A program made the translations under genes and the position numbers. The notes beneath the pieces were generated by a model. It was given only the letters and a program-made list of their open reading frames with translations, did no database searches and was not told the origin of the DNA. Positions 18,542 through 27,770 of a DNA stretch of 64,000 nt are shown here, piece by piece. The stretch covers positions 507,204 through 571,203 of the forward strand of contig CAVXGH010000004.1 of assembly GCA_963761255.1 (NCBI GenBank), given 5' to 3'. Position 1 is the stretch's first letter; each line of letters opens with the position of its first letter. Origin of the DNA: an uncultured delta proteobacterium (GTDB lineage: Bacteria > Desulfobacterota > Binatia > Binatales > Binataceae).

Positions 18542-20815
18542 CTATTCTTTCAGAACGGCGGCCTGTTCAATTCCTTCCCGGTCGAAGATCAGAAGCAACT
18601 GACCCGATTCGTCAGGCCCTGGATCCTTGAGCCCGCGCGGGTAGGGAAAGAGTACATGATTGGCGTAGGGTCCAAATTTCTTGATTACCGGTTCGAGATC
18701 GTCGAAGCGTCCGAAGATGCCAATTCCGACGTCTGCTTTTCCCATTGGTCCGAGCCAAAGGTTGTGCCACCAATTGTTGTCCGCATCCTCGAAGCGGATC
18801 GGTTCCGGAAGATCCAGCGCTTTCAGCCGTTGGGCGTTCCAGGGAGTTAGCTTTGCAAGTGGAGAGCCGCTACTTAAGTAGCGGTTGGTGGCGCCTATCA
18901 ACATTGCGACCGAAGCCAGCGCCTCGCGTCGGGCTATTTCATGCGGCGTCGCGGTAGCGTAGGAATTCAAGATCGCGGGAGAGACCCGATAGAGTAAAAC
19001 TCCGTCAACCGCCACCGGAGCTAGCTGCAGCTTCGCCAGCAGTGCGGGCCAGTGATGCTGCTTGCCTTCCTCGACTACGATCGTATTTACGTGATTTGCT
19101 CCCAGAAAGGCCTCTAGCTCTTCTACAAAACCTCCGATAGCCTCGTCGCTATCGAAGGACTGCAAGATCGGCCAGCCCGCCGACGTAGGCGGTGTCATAC
19201 CAACACGCCCGGTGGCGATGTTGTAGTAAAACCCGCTCTCAGCCTGCCATAGCAGGCTCATGCTTTCCCCACCATGCGGCAGGAAGAGTACGTTGTCGCC
19301 CGGCGCGATATATTGTCTGTATCTCTCGGACCTGACGAGCAAGGGTTGGTCGGCTTCCGAGTCAGTGATGAACACGCGCGAAGAACTCGGCGCCAGGAAT
19401 GCGAGGCAAACTATTGCCAGCCCGACCGCAAACCATAGCGGATATTTAGTCTCGCTGAGGACGATGGCCGCCATTAGCGCAGCCGCCAGATACATGTACA
19501 TGCCGAAACGGCCGGGTAGCGCCTGATTGGTCAATGGCAGCTTGCTGAACACCCACCATGGCATCGGGATCGTCGGAGTGCCTCGAACATGAAGGATCGG
19601 CCCCAACGAAAGTATCGCTATCAGTGCCAGACTCACCGTCAAGAGCTTTCCAACCGGTTCACGCCACTTCGCGATGACGAAGAGAGCCACCATCACCAGG
19701 AGTCCCGGGCCGAGATACCCAGACATTTCCCACCATCCGCCCATCATTGCGGTGGCGGAATCGAAGATATGACCGCCTATCATTAAGGCTGGAGTGGGAA
19801 TGAAAAGAGCAAGCAAATCGTTGGAGTACTCGGAACCGGGATTGATCGGACCAGGCACCCCTTGAGCAAAGACATAATAGAGGTATGGCGACAATACTAC
19901 GATCAGGCTCGCATAAGTGATCGCGAGATCCGGCAGGAGTCTCTGTAATGCGCGGCGAGTCTCCCCTCCGCATATCAGGTATGCCAGCACGATCAGAAAG
20001 GTGCCGAACACACTCGTGGTGGCGAACAGTTCGGTGGAACTTAGGAACTCGAAGGCTAAGACGATAGTCAGTAGGACTACCAGGGTTGCGCGGCGAAGCT
20101 CTCCATTCATACGCCGCAGCACCAGCAGTATCGCCAGCGGCACCGGAAATATGAATAAGAGAAATATATGCGCCATTGATTGCGCCATCGCATACGGCGA
20201 GAACGCGAAGATGAGTCCACCCAGCAGCGCGGGCCAGAAGCTCTTCGCCACGTACCTGCACAACAGGAACATCGAGAACCCATTGGCCAGCGGGCAAAGG
20301 ATGTTCAGGATGTTGTATGAGACCACCGGCCCCCAGAGCATCGTTATAGGAGTCATCAGGAGACTCGGTCCCGGAATGCTGGTTGCCCACGCTAGGTTCG
20401 CGCCTTTGGGCGCCCAGATCGCGGTGGTAAGAAACGGATTGATGCCATGCAGGATCGCATGCGGCCACCATGCGATGGCCCACAGAAAGATCGTCGGATC
20501 GGCGCCGACCCCGACATAGCTGGTAGTGAAATGCCCGCGGAGTGGGAGGCCATAGATGAGGAGCGAGATTGTGATGTAGATGAGTAAGGCGCCGCAAATT
20601 TCAAGGTTAGCGGCTCCCGCGATAGCTCGCCGCCCCAGATACGGTAACCTCGGTTCAACCGCGGCATTCTCCGAAGTCGGGTTTATGTCGAATTTCACAA
20701 GGCCACGCGCAAGCGGTTTCGGCGAGCAATCCACATCGCGAGGCATCCTCCGCAGAGTTATGTCCCAAGTCAAGTGTTTCGTCTTATGTTCGCCTTTCGG
20801 CGAAATCGAGCACAC
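18542..20815 (-). CDS. large polytopic membrane protein with C-terminal soluble domain (GT-C-like)
   Basis: 757 aa. The N-terminal roughly 480 aa are multi-pass (GADPTIFLWAIAWWPHAILHGINPF...) and the C-terminal roughly 270 aa are soluble. The start is uncertain. Confidence 0.6.
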   Translation of the reverse strand: MCSISPKGEHKTKHLTWDITLRRMPRDVDCSPKPLARGLVKFDINPTSENAAVEPRLPYLGRRAIAGAANLEICGALLIYITISLLIYGLPLRGHFTTSYVGVGADPTIFLWAIAWWPHAILHGINPFLTTAIWAPKGANLAWATSIPGPSLLMTPITMLWGPVVSYNILNILCPLANGFSMFLLCRYVAKSFWPALLGGLIFAFSPYAMAQSMAHIFLLFIFPVPLAILLVLRRMNGELRRATLVVLLTIVLAFEFLSSTELFATTSVFGTFLIVLAYLICGGETRRALQRLLPDLAITYASLIVVLSPYLYYVFAQGVPGPINPGSEYSNDLLALFIPTPALMIGGHIFDSATAMMGGWWEMSGYLGPGLLVMVALFVIAKWREPVGKLLTVSLALIAILSLGPILHVRGTPTIPMPWWVFSKLPLTNQALPGRFGMYMYLAAALMAAIVLSETKYPLWFAVGLAIVCLAFLAPSSSRVFITDSEADQPLLVRSERYRQYIAPGDNVLFLPHGGESMSLLWQAESGFYYNIATGRVGMTPPTSAGWPILQSFDSDEAIGGFVEELEAFLGANHVNTIVVEEGKQHHWPALLAKLQLAPVAVDGVLLYRVSPAILNSYATATPHEIARREALASVAMLIGATNRYLSSGSPLAKLTPWNAQRLKALDLPEPIRFEDADNNWWHNLWLGPMGKADVGIGIFGRFDDLEPVIKKFGPYANHVLFPYPRGLKDPGPDESGQLLLIFDREGIEQAAVLKE

Positions 20816-21089
20816 GCTTTATTTATTAACTTGAACCTCAGCAGCAATTATGAGAAGCCTTGATAGCAAGCCGATACTCGTTTGCTCGTAATTTCGAAAG
20901 ATCCCTCGGCGAGCCGAACGCCAGCCTTCGAAATGAAGCTCATCCCGGATTTCGCGACGGGGAACGCCCCGCTTCGCAGAGACACGGCGCGGTGAACGAC
21001 TGATCGGATCGAGCATTATCGATATCGCAAGGGGGAAAGTTCCAGGAGGCACGATCCCACAGCTTCCGGGAGGTTTTTTTAATCACTGA

Positions 21090-22532
21090 ATGTCTAATGT
21101 TGATGTAGCCAAAGTGATGGGCGAACTTCGCGCGGGCATCAGGAAAGCTCGTGCCGGCGCCGCAACCTCGCGCAACGGCCAGTCGATGGATCAAAACGGC
21201 CGAACCTTGGACGATCCGCTCAATCACTCGAACGGAGCAGCGCTGCCCCCCTTCAATGACTCCATCGGCGCGGACCTCGCCAGTCTTCACTACGGTTACG
21301 ATATCGTTCGCGCGCCCTTTTACTCGCATCGCAAGCGGATGAGTCGCGCCATTATCGCGGCCAAGAATTTCGCCCGCGAACTGCTCATGCAGGTTCTGGT
21401 CCGCCAGGTCATGTACAACGGCGCGAATGCTCGGGTGGTTAGCCATCTGCAGCACGAGGTTGGAACCCTGCGCAATCAGCTCGAGCATGCGAGCGCGGAC
21501 TCCGAGTTTGGGAAAGCAGCGATGCGCGCGGAGCTGGAAACAAATCTGCGGGCCTCGATCCGCAGTGAGTTACTGGCTGAACTGCGAACCCAGCTACGCA
21601 GCGAGTTGCAGGCGGAATTGAGCGCTTCGATTGCCCAAGACTTAAGGGCTGACTTGCGGACCGACTTGCATACAGAGTTAGGCGCTGAATTGGGCTCATT
21701 GCGCGGAGAGTTATTGACTGCCTTGCGGGCCGAATTTGAGACCCAGATGCAGTCCGCGCTGGTGGACGCGGCAGAGGAACACCAACGCGAGCGCAACTTC
21801 TCCGGCTTCGAGCAGGAATATTTTCAGTTCGAGCAGCAGCATCGCGGCAGTGAAGCCGAGATCGCGGCGCGTCAGGCCGCCTACCTCGCGGCCTATGCCG
21901 GACAAGCTGAAGTTCTCGACATAGGATGCGGCCGCGGCGAATTTCTCAGCCTCCTGCGCGAGGCCAACATAACCTGCCGGGGTGTCGATGCTAATCCCGC
22001 TATGGTGACTCGTTGTCGGGGTAAGGGTCTCGACGTAATTCAAGCGGAGGGTATCGAATACCTCGCGGGACTGCCTAACCAGACCCTTGGCGGTGTCTTC
22101 TGCGCGCAAATGATCGAACATCTCGAACCCGCGCGTGTCATCGGCTTCGTGCAGCTTTGTTCTCGGAAGCTAAGACCAGGCGGAGTGCTGATTATCGAGA
22201 CCCCCAATCCTGGCTGCCTGTCGGTGTTCGCTGACGGATTCTATAAGGATTTCACCCACGTTCGACCTTACCATCCGGCCAGTCTTAAATTTCTGCTCGA
22301 ATCGGCTGGGTTTTTGAATATAGAACTCAAGTTCAGCTCGCCGGTCGAGCCGTCCTTAAGGATGACGCGACTCAACGAGGCGGCTGGCCCGGAGGTTCGC
22401 AGCTTCAATCATGGAATCGAGCTGGCTAACGATCTCCTCTACGGCTTCCAGGACTACGCGGTCGTCGCGAGCAATGGCTCGACGCCTGACATCGGAACTT
22501 CCAGGCACGCAAGTCTTAAACAGTGCGGATAG
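21090..22532 (+). CDS. class I SAM-dependent methyltransferase with N-terminal repeat coiled coil
   Basis: C-terminal VLDIGCGRGEFLSLL...GGVFCAQMIEHLEP...LRPGGVLIIETPN is a SAM-binding fold. The N-terminal half is helical with a 4-residue repeat. Confidence 0.8.
   Translation: MSNVDVAKVMGELRAGIRKARAGAATSRNGQSMDQNGRTLDDPLNHSNGAALPPFNDSIGADLASLHYGYDIVRAPFYSHRKRMSRAIIAAKNFARELLMQVLVRQVMYNGANARVVSHLQHEVGTLRNQLEHASADSEFGKAAMRAELETNLRASIRSELLAELRTQLRSELQAELSASIAQDLRADLRTDLHTELGAELGSLRGELLTALRAEFETQMQSALVDAAEEHQRERNFSGFEQEYFQFEQQHRGSEAEIAARQAAYLAAYAGQAEVLDIGCGRGEFLSLLREANITCRGVDANPAMVTRCRGKGLDVIQAEGIEYLAGLPNQTLGGVFCAQMIEHLEPARVIGFVQLCSRKLRPGGVLIIETPNPGCLSVFADGFYKDFTHVRPYHPASLKFLLESAGFLNIELKFSSPVEPSLRMTRLNEAAGPEVRSFNHGIELANDLLYGFQDYAVVASNGSTPDIGTSRHASLKQCG
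21531..21734 (+). repeat. in-frame 12-nt tandem repeat (about 17 units) encoding an (E/D)L(R/x)(A/T/S) tetrapeptide repeat
   Basis: ELET NLRA SIRS ELLA ELRT QLRS ELQA ELSA SIAQ DLRA DLRT DLHT ELGA ELGS LRGE LLTA LRAE, read directly from the sequence. Confidence 0.8.
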
Positions 22533-23557
22533 CAATCTGCACTGTCATGGTGCCTTTTATATCGGGCGGGGCAGAAGCATGCGCGACGGGGCTGCGGCAG
22601 GCGCTCCTTGCACACGGTCATGCGGTGGAAGTCGTAGCCATTCCATTCAAATGGTATCCGCCCGATGAGATTGTCCGGCAAATGCTGATCTGGGAATTAC
22701 TCGATCTGACCGAAGCTAACGGCAAAACTATCGATAAGGTGATCGCGCTAAAGTTTCCCGCCTACCTGATAAAACATCCAGACAAGGTGGTCTGGCTGGT
22801 TCATCAACATCGCCAGGCCTACGATCTATGGGGAACCCAATATGGCGATCTGGAAGGCCCCGAGGGAGTTAGAGTACGGGACATCATCGCGCGGGCCGAC
22901 AATCGAGCATTAAGCGAGGCGCGCAAGGTCTTTACCATTTCTCGGAAGGTTTCCGAGCGATTGCTCGACCATAATTCGATTTCCAGCACGCCGTTGTATC
23001 CTCCAGTCGTTCAACGCGAGCGCTTCTTTTGCGGCGACTATGGGGACTATATCTTTTGCCCTGGCCGGCTCGATGCGCTCAAGCGCCAGGACCTGCTTAT
23101 CGAAGCGATGTCACTGGTCAAGTCAGACGCCAGATGTGTGATAGCGGGACAAGGGGGTGACGAGCGCGAGTTACGCGACCTCATCGCCAGGCTCGGCCTC
23201 GCGGGGAAGGTAGCGATTGCTACCTCTACCAGCGATAGTGAGCTCGCCAGCTACTATGCCAATTCACTGGCGGTATTCTTTGGCCCCTTTCAGGAGGACT
23301 TCGGTTTTGTGACTGTGGAGGCTTTGTATTCAAGGAAGCCGGTTATCACGCTCACCGACAGTGGCGGCCCGCTGGAATTCATCCAGGATGGCCTCAATGG
23401 AATGGTCGTGGCGCCCAATGCCGCGGCTATCGCGCAGGCTATTGACACCCTCTTTGAAGATCGCCCGCGTGCCCGCGCGATGGGTGAGCATGGTTACCAG
23501 ACCGTCGATGAGTTGCGAATGGACTGGCCGGGTGTGGTGAAAAAGCTGCTTTCATGA
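22523..23557 (+). CDS. family 4 (GT-B) glycosyltransferase
   Basis: GTG start overlapping the methyltransferase stop. MRIAICTVMVPFISGGAE N-terminus and EDFGFVTVEALYSRKPVI (E-x7-E region). Confidence 0.85.
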   Translation: MRIAICTVMVPFISGGAEACATGLRQALLAHGHAVEVVAIPFKWYPPDEIVRQMLIWELLDLTEANGKTIDKVIALKFPAYLIKHPDKVVWLVHQHRQAYDLWGTQYGDLEGPEGVRVRDIIARADNRALSEARKVFTISRKVSERLLDHNSISSTPLYPPVVQRERFFCGDYGDYIFCPGRLDALKRQDLLIEAMSLVKSDARCVIAGQGGDERELRDLIARLGLAGKVAIATSTSDSELASYYANSLAVFFGPFQEDFGFVTVEALYSRKPVITLTDSGGPLEFIQDGLNGMVVAPNAAAIAQAIDTLFEDRPRARAMGEHGYQTVDELRMDWPGVVKKLLS

Positions 23558-24858
23558 AGATTGCTCATTTTAATCCTCTACCTCCTGATCGTACCGGCGT
23601 TGCGGACTATTGCGCGGAGCTATTGCCGGAGCTCGCACGCCACGCGGAAGTCAACGTCTGGATCGAACAGGGACGCGAGGCAGTCCCGCCTCCAGGCTGT
23701 CGTATAGTCGAGTGGAACCGAGAGACCAGTGTCGCCGCGCAATTGTCGCGCTACGATGCGGCCATCTACCATTTCGGCAATTCGAAATATCATAGCGGCC
23801 TCTATGAAGCATTTCTCCAGCATCCGGGAACGATAGTGATGCATGACTTCGTCCTGCATCATTTCTTTGCCGAGTGTTTTCTCGCGGATGCCCCCGAAAG
23901 ATATCTTGAAGAAATGGAATACAACTATAGCTTGATGGGTGGAGCCATGGCACGGGACATCTGGGCTGGCAGGTTAGCTCCTTTATGGGAGACGCAACCG
24001 ATGCAGTTTCCGCTTAACAAGAGAGTTCTTGATTTAGCCACTGGTGTGATCGTTCATTCGGAGTTTTCTCGCCAACTGGTTCAACAAACCCATCCTCATC
24101 TGCCGGTCAGAAAAATCAACCTGCCGACTAAAGAAACCGGGCACAGTAAGGATGTGCAGCTGATTAAACGGCGTCACGCAATCCCCTCCGACCGAGTCAT
24201 CCTGGCCTCCTTCGGTATGGCGACTCCGCACAAGCGCATCGAAACAGTGCTCCGGGCGGTTGCAAGACTTCAGCATCAAAATGTCATTTACCTACTGGTG
24301 GGAGAGCTAAGCGGTCGGGTCGAAAAGATGATCAAGGATGCAGGACTCGATAGCATCGTCCGCGCAACAGGTTACCTGGATACCAAGTCATTTGAGGATT
24401 ACTGCGCAATCGCCGACATTTGTATTAATCTCCGGTTTCCCACTTATGGAGAGACTTCCGCCAGCGTTTGCAAGCTGATGGGCGCCGCGAAGGCTTGCAT
24501 CGTCTCTGACATCGGATGGTTCTCAGAGTTACCCGACAATTGCGTAGCCAAGGTCGATGTCGATGAATTCGAGGAGGAGACGTTGCTAACCTACCTCGAG
24601 CGCCTGGTTGCCAGCCGGGCGCTGAGGATGACTATGGGCGCGAACGCACAAGCTTACGTGCGAGCGAATCACTCTCTCAGTGTCGCCGCAAGCCATTACA
24701 TTGAATTTCTATCCGAGGTCAGAGAACATTCTCACAAGCGGCGCTTCGATGCTCGCGTGGTTTCCGGAATCGCCGGCGACCTTGCGCGCCTCGGCCTCAC
24801 CGATGAGGACCTGTACCTTATCGAACGGCCCGCGGAAATCCTCGCGCGATTGTTGTAA
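23554..24858 (+). CDS. family 4 (GT-B) glycosyltransferase
   Basis: ATGA overlap with the upstream GT4. MKIAHFNPLPPDRTGVADY N-terminus and YGETSASVCKLMGAAKACIV core. Confidence 0.8.
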   Translation: MKIAHFNPLPPDRTGVADYCAELLPELARHAEVNVWIEQGREAVPPPGCRIVEWNRETSVAAQLSRYDAAIYHFGNSKYHSGLYEAFLQHPGTIVMHDFVLHHFFAECFLADAPERYLEEMEYNYSLMGGAMARDIWAGRLAPLWETQPMQFPLNKRVLDLATGVIVHSEFSRQLVQQTHPHLPVRKINLPTKETGHSKDVQLIKRRHAIPSDRVILASFGMATPHKRIETVLRAVARLQHQNVIYLLVGELSGRVEKMIKDAGLDSIVRATGYLDTKSFEDYCAIADICINLRFPTYGETSASVCKLMGAAKACIVSDIGWFSELPDNCVAKVDVDEFEEETLLTYLERLVASRALRMTMGANAQAYVRANHSLSVAASHYIEFLSEVREHSHKRRFDARVVSGIAGDLARLGLTDEDLYLIERPAEILARLL

Positions 24859-24870
24859 TCGTTGAAAGTC

Positions 24871-27054
24871 CTATTGAGAATGCAAGCCCGGCATCGCCCG
24901 AATGACGCGAATACTGCTAACGGCGATTCCCAAAGGCCGCGGATCAGCGGTGTGTTCGAACTCAGCGGGCGATATCGGGACCATTCCGCTGAACTCCAGA
25001 AAGTTCGCAGGCTCTTTCAGCGCGCCGGTGATCGTGACCTCGGTGTCCGCTCCTGAGACGGACACCTGCCGCTTGAGGTTGCCCACCTTCAGCGTAAGCG
25101 GCCTTCCGGAGTTGGGTCCATAAGCATGCGCTTTGACAGTGAGTTGAACCTCGCCTGAGATGGGAGCGTCGAAATAGACGCGCGCTACCGCATCGCGCGT
25201 CCACACCGAGCCTTCCTCCGGAAGATTGAAGCCCGAAAGCGAGACCTGTCGAGTACCCTTGCGAGAGAGATCATAGAGGCGCGGATAGGATTCCAGATTC
25301 CTCCCAGAAGCCGTCGATAGAGGAGTCGGCGAAAGCGTGACAAGTTCGAAACCCTGCCCCACGATTCGCGAATAATAAGGCACTTCGATCCAATATGGAT
25401 CGAGTAGTAGAATCCACTTCACTCCGGGAGGAATGTCGCGATTGGATAAAGCGGGCTGATCGAGAATGCGTCTCTCAGAAAGCGAATATAATTGGAGCAT
25501 CACTCGATAGCTGCGAGGGTCGTGCTCGACCTTGGAGAATACCATGCCGTCATCGATATGGTCCCTCACCAGATTGCGTACCGCAATTCCGGCAAGGTCC
25601 TCCCGAGGCGGACCTGCCACCTGTGCGAGCTGGTCGCGAAAGATCGCAGCCGAACTCAGCAGTGCCAAAACAACCAGCGCACCGCAATAAACGATACGTG
25701 CCAGAGTCGCGTTACCAAAGGCCAGGACAATCGCTGTCACAATGCAGCCGCCAACCGCAAAACCAAGATTCAGGTTGTTGGCAGCGAGCCATCTGACCTC
25801 CGGATAATCAACGAAATTTATGCAATATGGTGAGCGCGCATAGTAGACTAAGGCACCCGTTGTGACAGCGCCTGTGATCGCCAGAAGTTTGAATAAGACC
25901 GCATGTCGGGGTTGAAAGCGATTTGGACGCGTCTTCACCAGGAACAAAAGAACAAGAGCCGGAAACACAAAGTCGTAGTAGCGACCATGGAGACGACAAA
26001 CCTCGACCTCGAATAGAGAGGCGAAGTCGACGCCAACCACCGCCGCAGCGGCAAGAAAGAGAGCCAGCGCCGAAAGTGAAAAGCCCAATAACAATACATA
26101 GCTGAGACTTGCCCGTCGCGTTTCACTCACGGACTCACTCGGCCAGAACGCCAGCAACAACGCAGGCCAGAACAGTACCGATAGATCGGCTAAATGTCCT
26201 TCCAGAAAGTGCCATAAGAAGTACCCCAGGCCCAATACCAGCGCAGGATGATTTGGGCTCTTAGCCGTCCAATGAAGAACTACCGCGGCCGGCGGACGCT
26301 TGGACACCACCTGGTAAAGCGTGCCGAAGGGCATCACGGTGAAATCGCCGTGCGCGAGGTATTGGATGGCAAATCGACCGACCACAAATGCCTCGAAGCA
26401 TCCAACTGACGCTTCGATTAATTGGCCCACACTTATTCCGTCTGGGTCGCAAAAATAGAGTATGCTGAATACCACCGGAAATGTTCCGAATATAATCAGT
26501 CCGTGTGGCTTGATTGCCGATAGCGCCGCAGTAGCGAAGCCCAGATAGACCCCGCCGTAGATGATGTTGGTCGGTAATTTGACTACCACCAGATACGCCA
26601 CAACCCAGAAGGCAAAAAAGAACATCGCTTCGGGCATGACATAAACAGAGTAGGAACTGATCGGAGAAAGGACCACGGCGACAGAAAAGAGATAGGCGCC
26701 GATTTTGGACAGGAATTGGCGCGCGATCGCATACAAAGGCAGTAACGACATCGCAAAGAACGTAGCATTCAAAAGTTTTGTAATCGCGAGGTGATTCGCT
26801 CCAAACCATGATGCCGAATGATAAATGAAAAAGAAGAGAACATTCGGCATCTGAATCGTAAAGCGTGGATTGTTGAGAAACTTGGCATGCAGCGCATAGA
26901 GCTCTTCATCTGCTAAAATCACGGGATATTGAATGTAAAGCGCACGCAAGAAGAGGATGCCGGCTACTCCGAGCACGGTCAGAGCCAGCAGGAGGCCGAG
27001 GCCGCCTCTTCGGTTTCGAGGCGATTCCGCGGGGGTGCGCGAGTTCATCCTCAA
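24871..27054 (-). CDS. large polytopic membrane protein with C-terminal beta-rich domain (GT-C-like)
   Basis: 727 aa. First-loop acidic motif ILADEELYALHAKF, about 13 helices, and a C-terminal roughly 180-aa soluble domain. Confidence 0.6.
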   Translation of the reverse strand: MRMNSRTPAESPRNRRGGLGLLLALTVLGVAGILFLRALYIQYPVILADEELYALHAKFLNNPRFTIQMPNVLFFFIYHSASWFGANHLAITKLLNATFFAMSLLPLYAIARQFLSKIGAYLFSVAVVLSPISSYSVYVMPEAMFFFAFWVVAYLVVVKLPTNIIYGGVYLGFATAALSAIKPHGLIIFGTFPVVFSILYFCDPDGISVGQLIEASVGCFEAFVVGRFAIQYLAHGDFTVMPFGTLYQVVSKRPPAAVVLHWTAKSPNHPALVLGLGYFLWHFLEGHLADLSVLFWPALLLAFWPSESVSETRRASLSYVLLLGFSLSALALFLAAAAVVGVDFASLFEVEVCRLHGRYYDFVFPALVLLFLVKTRPNRFQPRHAVLFKLLAITGAVTTGALVYYARSPYCINFVDYPEVRWLAANNLNLGFAVGGCIVTAIVLAFGNATLARIVYCGALVVLALLSSAAIFRDQLAQVAGPPREDLAGIAVRNLVRDHIDDGMVFSKVEHDPRSYRVMLQLYSLSERRILDQPALSNRDIPPGVKWILLLDPYWIEVPYYSRIVGQGFELVTLSPTPLSTASGRNLESYPRLYDLSRKGTRQVSLSGFNLPEEGSVWTRDAVARVYFDAPISGEVQLTVKAHAYGPNSGRPLTLKVGNLKRQVSVSGADTEVTITGALKEPANFLEFSGMVPISPAEFEHTADPRPLGIAVSSIRVIRAMPGLHSQ

Positions 27055-27124
27055 CTGAGAATCCCTAGCACGAGTCCTGCGCCCCTCGGTATCCGAGCAA
27101 ACAAGTTGTGAGATTGGCTCGAAA

Positions 27125-27736
27125 TCATTGTTTGCGCAGCTTCTTGGCGAACAGCACGATCAACGTGGTAAGGGCGGCGCAGAGCGCCAAGGCGAGGCCA
27201 GCTGCCCGAAAGACAACGTCGGCTTCGAGACCCGTGAGGCGATCGAGTTTGTCCGACAGAATCATGTAGGGATCGTCGGTAGATAGTTGGGCGACGAGAG
27301 TCTGGCCTTCGAGTGAGAGCACGACGTCATTGAGAGGATAGATGGTATGCCATAATTCGTGCGCCAGGTCGATTTTGACCAAACGGTATCTGCCTATGAC
27401 CACGTTACGCAGCGCTATCAGGCCGGGTTGCTGAAGCGGATCTAACCTGATCTGACGAATCGGTCTGAGCGTCGGCAGTTTTAGCTGATAGGTTTGGAAT
27501 TGCCCTAAAGGCCGTGGCCGGTAGTCGAAGCAGATCTGTTGTGCCGCGGAAAATCCCTGCCCGGTATCCCAATAGAGACACGGGTCCATGCTGTGGTGTT
27601 TTCCCGGGGGAGCTTCATACACCGCCATGTCGAATGAGACCTGAGTCGGCGTGTGCAGGCGCTGGACCACCAGTATAATCCCGCAAAGTGCCACCCAGGC
27701 GAAGATGAAGCGTCGTACACCAGTTTCCAGACTCAT
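27125..27736 (-). CDS. stand-alone TM-domain-TM module protein (paralog of the N-termini of the next two genes)
   Basis: 203 aa: TM helix, then VSFDMAVYEAPPG...CLYWDTGQGFSAAQQICFDY...IRLDPLQQPGLIALRNV...LSLEGQTLVAQLSTDDPYMIL, then a C-terminal TM helix. Confidence 0.65.
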   Translation of the reverse strand: MSLETGVRRFIFAWVALCGIILVVQRLHTPTQVSFDMAVYEAPPGKHHSMDPCLYWDTGQGFSAAQQICFDYRPRPLGQFQTYQLKLPTLRPIRQIRLDPLQQPGLIALRNVVIGRYRLVKIDLAHELWHTIYPLNDVVLSLEGQTLVAQLSTDDPYMILSDKLDRLTGLEADVVFRAAGLALALCAALTTLIVLFAKKLRKQ

Positions 27737-27770
27737 TAGCGCCGCACACCTTCACGAAGAAGTGACTGAC

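Noticed and set aside
19659-20597. 312-aa alternative-frame ORF on the same strand inside the 757-aa membrane protein gene.
   Set aside because: It is Arg/Gly/His-rich with no hydrophobic helices or motifs. The overlapping frame encodes a coherent multi-pass membrane protein.
21531-21734. Short-period tandem repeat, considered as a CRISPR-like or intergenic VNTR array.
   Set aside because: The period is 12 nt with no spacers. It is entirely in frame inside a well-supported ORF, so it is a coding tetrapeptide repeat.
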